From the NCBI GenBank assembly GCA_037141135.1, contig JBAXDB010000002.1:1-56800 (forward strand): a stretch of DNA of 56,800 nucleotides. The letters run 5' to 3'. Source of the stretch: a bacterium (GTDB taxonomy: Bacteria > Verrucomicrobiota > Kiritimatiellia > CAIKKV01 > CAITUY01). The translations under genes were made by a program, and so were the position numbers. Positions within the stretch are counted from its first letter, which is position 1, and the number at the start of each line of letters is the position of its first letter. Shown one piece after another: positions 45,907-54,541 of this stretch. A model generated the notes under the pieces. The model was not told the origin of the DNA, made no database searches, and worked only from the letters and a program-made list of their open reading frames with translations.

Positions 45907-46593
45907 ATGGTTAAACAACACATCTTCATTGTCGAGGATGAGCCGGATATTGCCGACCTGCTGTCGTATAATCTGACCCGCGAAGGGTTCAAAGTCAGTC
46001 TGGCTGCCCGGGGCGATCGGGCTGTGAGCGAGATCCCCCTTCGCAAACCCAACCTGATCCTTCTGGACCTGATGTTACCCGGAATGGGAGGAATCGAGAT
46101 TTGCCGTTTGCTGAAGGCCAAACCCGAGACGGCAGGAATTCCCATTATTATGGTAACCGCCCGGGGCGAAGAAACGGACATCATCGTAGGGTTGTCGATG
46201 GGCGCCGAGGATTACATCGTCAAGCCCTTCAACATCAAGATCGTTCTGGCACGGATAAAAGCCGTGCTGCGCCGCCGGGATACGGTTCCCACCGGAATGG
46301 ACCAAACCCTCCATGTCCATGACATCACTATCAATCCTGGCCGTCATGAAGTGTTATGCGGAAAGAGGGCGCTGGAGTTAACGGCCTCCGAGTTCCGGCT
46401 GATTCATTTTCTTGCCCGGCGGCCCGGCTGGGTTTTCACGCGCGAGCAGATCGTGGACGGCGTAAAAGGAGTTGATTACATCGTCACGGATCGCGCCGTG
46501 GACGTCCAGATGGTCTCCCTGCGGAGAAAACTCGGAAAGCATGGGGATTGCATCGAGACGGTACGGGGAGTTGGCTACCGCTTAAAAGAGTAA
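45907..46593 (+). CDS. OmpR/PhoB-family response regulator (PhoB-like paralog 2)
   Basis: 228 aa. IFIVEDEPDIADLL...NLILLDLMLPG...; LTASEFRLIHFLARRPGWVFTREQIVDGV...DRAVDVQMVSLRRKL...VRGVGYRL. It aligns along its full length to the 24524..25243 protein. Confidence 0.85.
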   Translation: MVKQHIFIVEDEPDIADLLSYNLTREGFKVSLAARGDRAVSEIPLRKPNLILLDLMLPGMGGIEICRLLKAKPETAGIPIIMVTARGEETDIIVGLSMGAEDYIVKPFNIKIVLARIKAVLRRRDTVPTGMDQTLHVHDITINPGRHEVLCGKRALELTASEFRLIHFLARRPGWVFTREQIVDGVKGVDYIVTDRAVDVQMVSLRRKLGKHGDCIETVRGVGYRLKE

Positions 46594-46670
46594 AGGGTCA
46601 ACCTCCCCTCTCACAAACTCCTAACGGGCGCCCAACACCTCGCTAATGTCTGAATGATAGCATTTCATTC

Positions 46671-49055
46671 ATGACAAATACTCATACCCCTCACACACAC
46701 ACACTGGACCGCCATGATCTCAAGCGGATTCGCGGCGGCCTGGGGATGAGCGAAACAGGCGATTCTATCGAGTCGCTGCCCTTTGGAGTGGGTGATGTCA
46801 CCGCGGGTGCCGAAAATGAACTCCTGACAATCACCCACGGCCCCCGGGATCAGGTTGACCTGGCGCGCAGCGTGGAGGAATCCAACTATTTCAAGAATCT
46901 CACACGCCGCGCCGCCACAGGAGACGCCCCAAAACGGCTGGTGCGGGGAATTGAAGACTACCTCTCCGATAATCCGGATAACGCCTGGGAAAACAGTTGG
47001 GTATATTTTCCCGCCGATCTTATAACCCCTTATGCTCGTGAGGTGTTCGACGGGGATCTTTTTGCCGACAAAAGGGAACGATGCGCCCGCCGATCGGATG
47101 CCAGCCGTTTTGAAGTTGTACGCAACGGTCTTCGTTGCATCCGCATACCGGTGAGTTATCTGCTCAAGCTAGCCCTGGCCGATGCCATCAGTGTCGGGCA
47201 GGGTCGGCATCCCTCAATCCGTTGCACGGGCGAGAAACTCATGAAGTGTTTCCTCAGCGATAACACCTCGCCTGAAACGCTCTCGTTCCACACCGTCGGC
47301 CCGGACTCCGGGACCGGTCTGGGCCGCGCGCTGGCATCGGAGACCCAGCGGCGGTTGTTACTTGTGCAGTTATTGACGATGTACGCCAATGAAAAGTTCG
47401 AACTGCGTTCACGGGGCCAGGAAACACAGGTATGTCTGGCGCCGCAAACCCCGTTGCGACAGAAGCGCCTGAACGAGCTTGTCGCGGATTCATTTTACCG
47501 CGACCTCTTCATGAGCCCGTGTCTGTCGGGCTGGGACAAAGGCGAATCCAAGCATCAGTACATGATCCTGTGTCATGAGGTATTATCGCGGAGCCGCCTG
47601 AACACCATGGAAAAACTGCGCGAGTGCGGCATTCTCGCGCGTGACTTGATTATCCTGCCAACTGTCTCCAACACCAGCCTCGCCAACAATGGCACGCATA
47701 TCAGCCTGGGTAGTCGCCACCTGACCGCCTTGATGAATTCAGGTACTCCCGATTTCACGGCTGAGGACGAAAAGCGTGTCGGGGATCTCGTGGTGAAGAT
47801 CGTCGAGCACTTTCTACCACTCTTCGTAGGAACCTACACCGCCGCTCCCCATCGTCTGGACTTCCGGGATTTTCATCCGGAGACGGTGTTGGGATTTCTG
47901 CCGCACGAGCTGGATTTCACCCACCTTCGCATGCTGTGGCGGCGCTGGAAAGGCAAGGCCGACCTTAAATGCTTCGGCTTCCCGCTTACGCCCTTCGGTC
48001 CACGCGGGCTGGACCGGGTCCTCGGCACGGTTCTGGGGCTGCGCGGCGACTGGATTCCCGACCAGCGTCTGATCGATTATCTTGTGTCCCCGCTCAGCAC
48101 GGATAATAGTCCCGCCCTGGACGGAACCCTCGGTAACGATCAGCGGCTCAAACGGGATCTTTCCGAAATGGGCGTGTTCGATCAGCGCATGTCATCCTAC
48201 TCACTCTACCGCCAGCGCCACTTTGCCAGCATGGGGTTCTGTGGGTTTGAAGGACGCCACTACAGCCAGTTTGCCAGCCTTGATCGAGATATGGCCGCCG
48301 CCACAGATATGCAGCGGCTCATCACGGCGCTGGCCTACAAGTATGTCCTCAGCGGTCAAGTGACACATGCGGACATACCCGACACACCCGAGGTCGAGAG
48401 CGAACGGCGGCAGACCTTTTTCGGGAGCGCCATCGGCATTCCCACTTTTTTTGTCGGAACCCGGACCCCGAACCAGTTCCTTAAGAGGATTCTGAGCCGG
48501 ACAGCCAGCACGCGAGACAGTCAACGTTACCCAGGTCGGACACGTGTCCAGCATATCGAGTACCGTCGCGCGCTGGTGACCCTGCTGGAGCAGGATGGCG
48601 CCGACCTGATCGAAGCCTTTAGGCTGACGGACACGATTCGCGATTTGAAACAGCGACTGAAACCCGCGAACAATGGCTCCGCCCTGGAGTCACTTCTCAA
48701 CGGCATCCTGAATGAGACGGGCGCGTCCACTCCGCTACGATCTTCTGCCGAGACATTTAACACGGCCACCGAGCGTTACTACCGCGGTCCACTGCTTAAA
48801 AACTTTGTCGGTGAAGCCCTGGATCTGTTCGCCCGCGATCTTAAGGATCTCATTGATCGCTCGGCAACGGGTAACAACCAGGACCTTGCGGCACTGCAAA
48901 CGGTGCTGAACGGGGAAGAACCGGTCTCGTTCTTAAAGGCCGTGAGGGAGAACGTGCTGGCAGGCAAGGCCTCACAGTCGGTTGTGATCAAACTAATCGG
49001 CCTCCTGCTGCTGGTGATCCGCCACCATTGTGAATGCAACGGAGGTCAGCCATGA
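46671..49055 (+). CDS. Large soluble protein of unknown function (no family recognised)
   Basis: 794 aa, uninterrupted. There is no P-loop and no TM segment, except a hydrophobic C-terminal stretch (VVIKLIGLLLLVI). No obvious SD precedes the ATG. The stop overlaps the next start (ATGA at 49052-49055). Confidence 0.6.
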   Translation: MTNTHTPHTHTLDRHDLKRIRGGLGMSETGDSIESLPFGVGDVTAGAENELLTITHGPRDQVDLARSVEESNYFKNLTRRAATGDAPKRLVRGIEDYLSDNPDNAWENSWVYFPADLITPYAREVFDGDLFADKRERCARRSDASRFEVVRNGLRCIRIPVSYLLKLALADAISVGQGRHPSIRCTGEKLMKCFLSDNTSPETLSFHTVGPDSGTGLGRALASETQRRLLLVQLLTMYANEKFELRSRGQETQVCLAPQTPLRQKRLNELVADSFYRDLFMSPCLSGWDKGESKHQYMILCHEVLSRSRLNTMEKLRECGILARDLIILPTVSNTSLANNGTHISLGSRHLTALMNSGTPDFTAEDEKRVGDLVVKIVEHFLPLFVGTYTAAPHRLDFRDFHPETVLGFLPHELDFTHLRMLWRRWKGKADLKCFGFPLTPFGPRGLDRVLGTVLGLRGDWIPDQRLIDYLVSPLSTDNSPALDGTLGNDQRLKRDLSEMGVFDQRMSSYSLYRQRHFASMGFCGFEGRHYSQFASLDRDMAAATDMQRLITALAYKYVLSGQVTHADIPDTPEVESERRQTFFGSAIGIPTFFVGTRTPNQFLKRILSRTASTRDSQRYPGRTRVQHIEYRRALVTLLEQDGADLIEAFRLTDTIRDLKQRLKPANNGSALESLLNGILNETGASTPLRSSAETFNTATERYYRGPLLKNFVGEALDLFARDLKDLIDRSATGNNQDLAALQTVLNGEEPVSFLKAVRENVLAGKASQSVVIKLIGLLLLVIRHHCECNGGQP

Positions 49056-50068
49056 CCGTCCATCATTACGTGGATCATCGCGACTCCCGCGGGATTCCCG
49101 AAAAATTTTTCGGCGACCCGATTGTCTCATTTCTCTACTCACATGTCCGTGAAGATGCCGGCTGGCTGTTCAAGGCCCTGACCTCATCCCGACTGACAGA
49201 ACTGCTGGGAGCGTTACATTTCGATATCCGCCCCGGGTGTCCTTATCGAATGCGCCGTGATCTGAAGAAAACCCTTGGTATCGACTTTAATGAGTGCGTT
49301 GATCCTCCAGAATCTCTTGATACTCCCCGCAAAGTGTTTGAACGCAGGATTCGCTACTGGGATTGTCGCCCCATGGACCCCAGACCCTCCGCAATCAGCT
49401 CTCCGGCTGATGCACGTCTTCTGGTAGGCTCGTTTCAACGAACGTCAGACCTTTATTTGAAGGACAAGTTTTTCTGTTATGAAGAAATGTTCGGGAAGGG
49501 AAAATTGGTCTGGTATGATGCGTTTCATGGAGGTGATTTTGCCGTGTTGCGCTTGACGCCCGACAAGTACCACTATAACCATGTTCCCGTAAGCGGCGTG
49601 GTGCGAGACATTTACGAAATTGACGGCGTGTTTCAATCATGTCACCCCGCCGTTGTCATCGCCCAGGCCACTCCCCACTCCAAGAACCGGAGAATGGTGA
49701 CTATTATCGACACAGACGTCGAACACGGAACACAGGTGGGATTGGTGGCCATGATCGAGGTGGTCGCGCTCATGATAGGTGACATTGTCCAATGCTATAG
49801 TTCCAAATGCTATCAGAAGCCAACCCCCCTCCATATCGGTATGCCAGTCGAGCGAGGCTGCCCGAAAAGCCTGTTCCGCCCCGGCAGTTCCACGGTCGTG
49901 CTTATTTTCCAGAAGGAGCGTGTTCGATTCTGTGACGATATTCTCACGAACCTCCGGCGTACCAACCTGAGCAGCCTCTACAGCGCGGCATGGGGTGAAT
50001 CGTGGGTAGAAACGGACGTGCCCGTTCGAGCCACGATCGCATGGGCTATTCAAGGAGGGAACCTATGA
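49052..50068 (+). CDS. Phosphatidylserine-decarboxylase-family (pyruvoyl-dependent) protein
   Basis: The track ORF starts at 49034; I prefer ATG 49052. SSPADARL..., RLTPDKYHYNHVPVSG (compare LSPxDYHRxHxPxxG), KNRR, VVALMIGDI and ERGCPKSLFRPGSSTVVLIF align with the PSD blocks. The self-cleavage motif G-S-S (nt 49883-49891) stands where canonical G-S-T is found. Confidence 0.75.
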   Translation: MTVHHYVDHRDSRGIPEKFFGDPIVSFLYSHVREDAGWLFKALTSSRLTELLGALHFDIRPGCPYRMRRDLKKTLGIDFNECVDPPESLDTPRKVFERRIRYWDCRPMDPRPSAISSPADARLLVGSFQRTSDLYLKDKFFCYEEMFGKGKLVWYDAFHGGDFAVLRLTPDKYHYNHVPVSGVVRDIYEIDGVFQSCHPAVVIAQATPHSKNRRMVTIIDTDVEHGTQVGLVAMIEVVALMIGDIVQCYSSKCYQKPTPLHIGMPVERGCPKSLFRPGSSTVVLIFQKERVRFCDDILTNLRRTNLSSLYSAAWGESWVETDVPVRATIAWAIQGGNL

Positions 50069-51117
50069 TTGTGACCTTGATTGTGATGTTGATGGCACTC
50101 TGCCTGTTTGCGCTTTTCGTCTGGTCATTTCACCATCTGCCGGGAGAGAAATGGCAAATACTGGCTACTTTCCCGACACATAGGGATGAAACAGGCATCT
50201 GGCACGGCGTCAACCTGACCTATTATGGTTTTTTCAACGCATTGGGCGTTGCGGTCGCGGTGGCCGTAACCCTTTTTCTGGCAGGCGCTGCGGGACTGCC
50301 CCTGACACAATTGATGTGGATCATCGCGGCGCTCCTGACGGTCTGCATTCCCGCTTCAAAAATCATCAACCGCATTGTGGAAGGCCATTGGCATGGATTC
50401 ACTATTGGCGGAGCGGCGTTTACCGGGATGGTGCTTGGCCCCTGGCTGGCTGGGGGTATCTTGCAACTGGGGCAAAAAACGGGAGGTGGCTCACAGGCGA
50501 CCCTGTTCGTGCTGGCGGCCATAGCCACGGCCTATGCCCTGGGCGAAGGGATTGGCCGACTCGCCTGCATCAGTTTCGGCTGTTGCTATGGCCGCCCCCT
50601 GGCGAATTGTCCCTCCTGGCTTCAGACTCTCTTTAGTCACTGGTTTGTCATATTCGAAGGGCATTTGAAAAAATCATCTTATGCACACGGATTCGAAGGA
50701 CAACGGCTTATTCCCGTGCAGGCCATAACGGCAATCATCTCAAGCACAGCGGGGTTGACCGGAGTGGTGCTGTTTCTGATTGGCCGACCCATGCTTGCCT
50801 ACGTTCTGACGATCATCATCACACAACTCTGGCGGTTCGCATCGGAGTTTCTGAGGGCCGACTACCGGGGAACAGGTCGAATTTCAACCTATCAGTGGAT
50901 GGCCCTTGCGGGAACAGTGTATACGATGGCCTTCAGCCTGCTATGGCATCACGCCCCACAACCAATTCTGGATGTGACTCGCGGGCTGGCCATGGTGTGG
51001 TCACCCGGCGCAATTCTTCTGATCGAGGCTCTTGCCGCCATCGTTTTCGCACGAATGGGGATTAGCACGGTGACGAGCGCCCGGATCAGTTTCGATCTCA
51101 AGCGGCAGAAACCCTAA
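50065..51117 (+). CDS. Lgt (prolipoprotein diacylglyceryl transferase)-family polytopic membrane protein, divergent subfamily
   Basis: The track ORF starts at 50002. I prefer ATG 50065, which is preceded by AGGAGGG and forms an ATGA overlap. The protein has about 7-8 TM segments. GRLACISFGCCYGR (nt 50554-50595) matches the spacing of the Lgt signature GRxGNxxNGExWGR, but Cys replaces the conserved Asn and Glu. Confidence 0.6.
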   Translation: MIVTLIVMLMALCLFALFVWSFHHLPGEKWQILATFPTHRDETGIWHGVNLTYYGFFNALGVAVAVAVTLFLAGAAGLPLTQLMWIIAALLTVCIPASKIINRIVEGHWHGFTIGGAAFTGMVLGPWLAGGILQLGQKTGGGSQATLFVLAAIATAYALGEGIGRLACISFGCCYGRPLANCPSWLQTLFSHWFVIFEGHLKKSSYAHGFEGQRLIPVQAITAIISSTAGLTGVVLFLIGRPMLAYVLTIIITQLWRFASEFLRADYRGTGRISTYQWMALAGTVYTMAFSLLWHHAPQPILDVTRGLAMVWSPGAILLIEALAAIVFARMGISTVTSARISFDLKRQKP

Positions 51118-51210
51118 CCAATTTCTAACTTGCCGCTCATTTTCTTCTTACAAGGTTTCTTTCTAATGGCCCCCATGAACCGACAACTAACAACAAGGAG
51201 AAACAAAGAT

Positions 51211-52395
51211 ATGAAGAAAGTAGTAGCAGGATTAGTTTTGATGGCGGGTGTGAGTGGGACGTGCCTGGCGGCTGAAAGCAATGCGCCGGCGGCAACTCCG
51301 GCTCCAGCCCCGAAGACCTGGGCGGACTCGATCACACTCAAAGGCGACTTGCGGTATCGTTATGAGACTATCAATGACGACTCCAAGAAAAACGCAAGCA
51401 AGGAAACCTATACGCGTCAACGTGACCGGGTTCGCGCCAGGCTCGCCGCTGAAGCCAAGGTGAATGACCAAACGAAGGCGGTGGTTGGTTTTTCAACCGG
51501 CGGCAATGACCCTATCTCTGGCAACCAGACCCTCGGTGACGGTGGGCAAAAGAAGGACATGAAACTTGACCTGGCTTATATTGATTACAGCTTTCTGGGC
51601 GATGCAACGGAAACAGAAGCGCACGCCTATGCCGGCAAGATTAAAAATCCCTTCATCACCATGAACGACGACCTGGTATGGGATAGTGACTTGTCTCCTG
51701 AAGGAATCGCCTTCAAAGGCCAGACGGGCAACGACAAGGTGACGGCTTACGGAAATGCAGGCTATATCTGGATCCAGGAGCGCGATAGCAAGGATGCGGC
51801 TCAGTTGTTAGCCGGTCAGGGTGCAGTGAAATTCCAGTTCATTCCCGAGGTGGCTTTGACCGTTGGCGCCAGTTACTACGGTTTCCAGAACCTCAAAAGT
51901 TATGACGTGATTGACTGGGAAGGCAAAAACAACGGCTACGGCAATACCACCAAAAAAGGCACAGTCAGTGGTGGCACCACCAACAAGGCCTGGGCCACGG
52001 AATACACTCCCGTGGTGTACTTTGCCTCGCTCGACATGTGGGTCGCCGGGTTGCCGGTTTCCATCTTCGGCCAGGAACTCTCCAATTCCGACGCCTCAAA
52101 ACTTGACAAGGGACACATGTATGGCGTCTCGCTGGGTAAAGCCAAAAATCCTGGCACGTTTGAAGTCGGTTACAGTTATACCGAACTCCAGAAGGATGCC
52201 ACTTTGGGTATGTGGACGGATTCCGATCGTTGGGGCGGCGGCACTGATGGCAAAGGCCAGAAAGTCTATGCCAAGTATCAAATCAAGAAGAACCTCCAGC
52301 TTGGTGCCACTTACTTTACGGACGACAAGGGCATCGCTTCCGGCAAGCCGACAAATTATGACCGGATGCAACTGGATCTGGTTGCGGCGTTTTGA
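51211..52395 (+). CDS. Outer-membrane porin (context suggests phosphate-regulated)
   Basis: The track ORF starts at 51130. I prefer MKKVVAGLVLMAGVSGTCLAAES (ATG 51211), which is preceded by AGGAG. The sequence has a beta-strand-rich alternating pattern and ends ...QLDLVAAF. It lies directly upstream of pstS. Confidence 0.65.
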   Translation: MKKVVAGLVLMAGVSGTCLAAESNAPAATPAPAPKTWADSITLKGDLRYRYETINDDSKKNASKETYTRQRDRVRARLAAEAKVNDQTKAVVGFSTGGNDPISGNQTLGDGGQKKDMKLDLAYIDYSFLGDATETEAHAYAGKIKNPFITMNDDLVWDSDLSPEGIAFKGQTGNDKVTAYGNAGYIWIQERDSKDAAQLLAGQGAVKFQFIPEVALTVGASYYGFQNLKSYDVIDWEGKNNGYGNTTKKGTVSGGTTNKAWATEYTPVVYFASLDMWVAGLPVSIFGQELSNSDASKLDKGHMYGVSLGKAKNPGTFEVGYSYTELQKDATLGMWTDSDRWGGGTDGKGQKVYAKYQIKKNLQLGATYFTDDKGIASGKPTNYDRMQLDLVAAF

Positions 52396-52400
52396 GGATG

Positions 52401-52442
52401 TGAGACGTGAAGCGTAAGACGTGAGATGTTAAACGTGAAAAA
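52401..52442 (+). repeat. Three tandem 14-bp direct repeats containing ACGTGA
   Basis: The units are tgagacgtgaagcg, taagacgtgagatg and ttaaacgtgaaaaa. The ACGTGA cores sit at 52405, 52419 and 52433, so the period is exactly 14 bp. Confidence 0.7.
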
Positions 52443-52449
52443 GGATAAA

Positions 52450-53274
52450 ATGAAAAAGATAAATAAACTGATGACGATGATGGCGGTGGCGGGAATGGGT
52501 GTCGGAGCGGCGGTGGCCGGTGATGCCAATTCTATTGTGGTGGATGGGTCAACGACGGTGGGCCCTGTGGCAAAGGCATTTGCCGAGTATTACATGGGTA
52601 AACACCAGGGGGTGAACATTACAGTGAGCGAATCCGGCAGCGGGAATGGGGCCAAGAGTCTCATCAACGCAGCTTGTGATGTCGCCACGATGTCGCGTCC
52701 GATGAAGAACTCGGAAAAGAAAGCCGCCCAGGAAGCCGGCGTGCTCGCGATTGAGAATGTCGTGGCCCTCGATGGCCTGGCAGTCATTGTGCACCCCTCA
52801 AATTCCCGCGGTAATCTGACCATTGAGCAGATCCGGGATATCTACACGGGCAAGATCACCAACTGGAAAGAACTGGGCGGGGCTGACCAGAAGATTGTGG
52901 TGATCAGTCGAGATACCAACAGCGGCACCTATGAGAGTTTCAATACCCTGGTGCTGAAGGATGCCAAACTGACAGGCGGAGCAGAGTATGTCGGCAGTGG
53001 TGGTGCCATCCGCCAGCGCGTGCTGAGCACCGAAGCAGCCATTGGCTATGTCGGACTCGCCTTCACAGAAGGGGTCAAGACGTTGCAGGTGAATGGAGTC
53101 GCTCCTACGCCCGAAACGGTCATCGCGAAAACCTATCCCATCGCCCGCCCGCTGTTCATGTATACGAATGGTCGGCCAAAAGAAGGTACGGCCCTGTATG
53201 ACTTCGTGAACCTGAGCAAGACCGCGGAAGGCAAGCGCATCATCGAAGATGTCGGTTATGTCCCGGTGAAGTAA
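52450..53274 (+). CDS. pstS: Phosphate ABC transporter substrate-binding protein PstS
   Basis: VDGSTTVGPVAKAFAEYY...SGSGNGAKSLINAACDVATMSRPMK...ISRDTNSGTYESF... are PstS-family blocks. I prefer the start MKKINKLM (52450) over the track start at 52426. Confidence 0.85.
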   Translation: MKKINKLMTMMAVAGMGVGAAVAGDANSIVVDGSTTVGPVAKAFAEYYMGKHQGVNITVSESGSGNGAKSLINAACDVATMSRPMKNSEKKAAQEAGVLAIENVVALDGLAVIVHPSNSRGNLTIEQIRDIYTGKITNWKELGGADQKIVVISRDTNSGTYESFNTLVLKDAKLTGGAEYVGSGGAIRQRVLSTEAAIGYVGLAFTEGVKTLQVNGVAPTPETVIAKTYPIARPLFMYTNGRPKEGTALYDFVNLSKTAEGKRIIEDVGYVPVK

Positions 53275-53350
53275 TTCCCCTGAAGGGGAAGGGTTATTGG
53301 TTATCCGTTAGGAGTTATTGGGAATTTCCCCATAACAAATAACGGATAAC
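53275..53350 (+). promoter_or_regulatory. pstS-pstC intercistronic hairpins (candidate attenuator or mRNA-stability element)
   Basis: Hairpin ttcccc-tgaa-ggggaa at 53275-53290. A longer-range inverted repeat pairs ggttatccgtta (53299-53310) with taacggataac (53340-53350). An alternative pairing is possible between ggggaa (53285-53290) and ttcccc (53326-53331). Confidence 0.5.
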
Positions 53351-53365
53351 TCTTTCGTAGGCATC

Positions 53366-54538
53366 ATGATTAACGATCGTGTCATTGCAAATTCTGCTGC
53401 CGCCGGGCGCGATGGCTCATCGCTTCTGTTGAGCCATCGCGCCCGGCGGCAGCAGCGTTTGCTGGGGTTTCTGGGATCAGGCTTCCTGCTTGCCGTAACC
53501 TCCCTTTCGATGTTTGCGGTCTTGTTTATTTTTTATTTTATCGCACGTGATGCCCTGCCATTCTTTCAGTTGCAGGGCTTCAAGCAGTTTTTTACCAGTA
53601 CGCATTGGTATCCTTCGGCGGCAACCCCTGAATTCGGATCGCTTGCCATTTTTGTGGGGAGCGGACTGGTGACCCTTGGGGCGGCGCTTGTCGCCGTCCC
53701 TCTCGGCATCACAGCGGCTGTATGCCTGAGTGATGTTCTTCCTTTTTCGGTCAGACAGGTTGTCAAGCCGGTGATTGAGATCCTGGCAGCTATTCCGTCG
53801 GTCGCTTATGGTTTTTTTGCATTGGTCGTGTTTGCCCCTCTCCTACAGGAGCGTGGGGGCCATATTCTTCAGGTGGCCGGCTGGATCATCGGCGCGCCAG
53901 TGGCCGTGCTCGTCATCGTAGTGGTCAGTGACCTGTTGACCGACCGGATGTCCACGGCCCACCGGCCCTGGGCGCGGTGGGCGTTGATGGCTGTCTTGTC
54001 CGCGGCCGCTTTCTGGGGGCTATGGAAACTCGGCTTGTCATTGGGCGGAATATCAGTCACCAGCGGCACCAACGCACTGAACGTTTCGATCATCCTGGGT
54101 ATCATGGCCTTGCCAACCGTCGTGAGTGTAGCCGAAGATGCGATTCAGGCCACAGGCCGAGAATTGCGGGAAGGTAGTTACGCGCTGGGCGCCACCCGGT
54201 CTGAAACCATTCTGAGAACAATCCTTCCAGCGGCCAGCAGCGGCATTATGGCCGCCGTCATTTTGGGTGTGATGCGCGCCGTAGGCGAAACCATGGTGGT
54301 GTGGATGGCCTCGGGTAACGCCGCCCAGATCCCCCAGCCCTGGTACAATATGCTCCAACCGGTCCGCACCCTCACGGCCACCATCGCAGGGGATATGGGC
54401 GAGGCCGACCAAGCCACCGGATCCTCACGTTTCCACGTCCTTTTCGCAATGGCTCTCTGTCTTCTAGTGTTTTCTTTTGTCTGCAATCTGGTCAGTGAAT
54501 GGGGCGTGAGACGCACCCGCCGGAAAGTGGGTAAATAA
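53366..54538 (+). CDS. pstC: Phosphate ABC transporter permease PstC
   Basis: 390 aa, polytopic. It has the BPD_transp-type permease core, sits as the first permease after pstS, and carries an N-terminal extension. Confidence 0.8.
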   Translation: MINDRVIANSAAAGRDGSSLLLSHRARRQQRLLGFLGSGFLLAVTSLSMFAVLFIFYFIARDALPFFQLQGFKQFFTSTHWYPSAATPEFGSLAIFVGSGLVTLGAALVAVPLGITAAVCLSDVLPFSVRQVVKPVIEILAAIPSVAYGFFALVVFAPLLQERGGHILQVAGWIIGAPVAVLVIVVVSDLLTDRMSTAHRPWARWALMAVLSAAAFWGLWKLGLSLGGISVTSGTNALNVSIILGIMALPTVVSVAEDAIQATGRELREGSYALGATRSETILRTILPAASSGIMAAVILGVMRAVGETMVVWMASGNAAQIPQPWYNMLQPVRTLTATIAGDMGEADQATGSSRFHVLFAMALCLLVFSFVCNLVSEWGVRRTRRKVGK

Positions 54539-54541
54539 CCC

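Noticed and set aside
51118-51210. E. coli-type Pho boxes (CTGTCAT direct repeats at 11-bp phasing) upstream of the porin-pst operon and in the 25244-26161 region.
   Set aside because: Only isolated half-site-like matches were seen, for example tgacag near 25520 and TTTCT-containing motifs at 19-bp spacing at 51122, 51141 and 51160. No convincing phased pair was found. The Pho box of this lineage may differ, so the question needs motif discovery across the genome.
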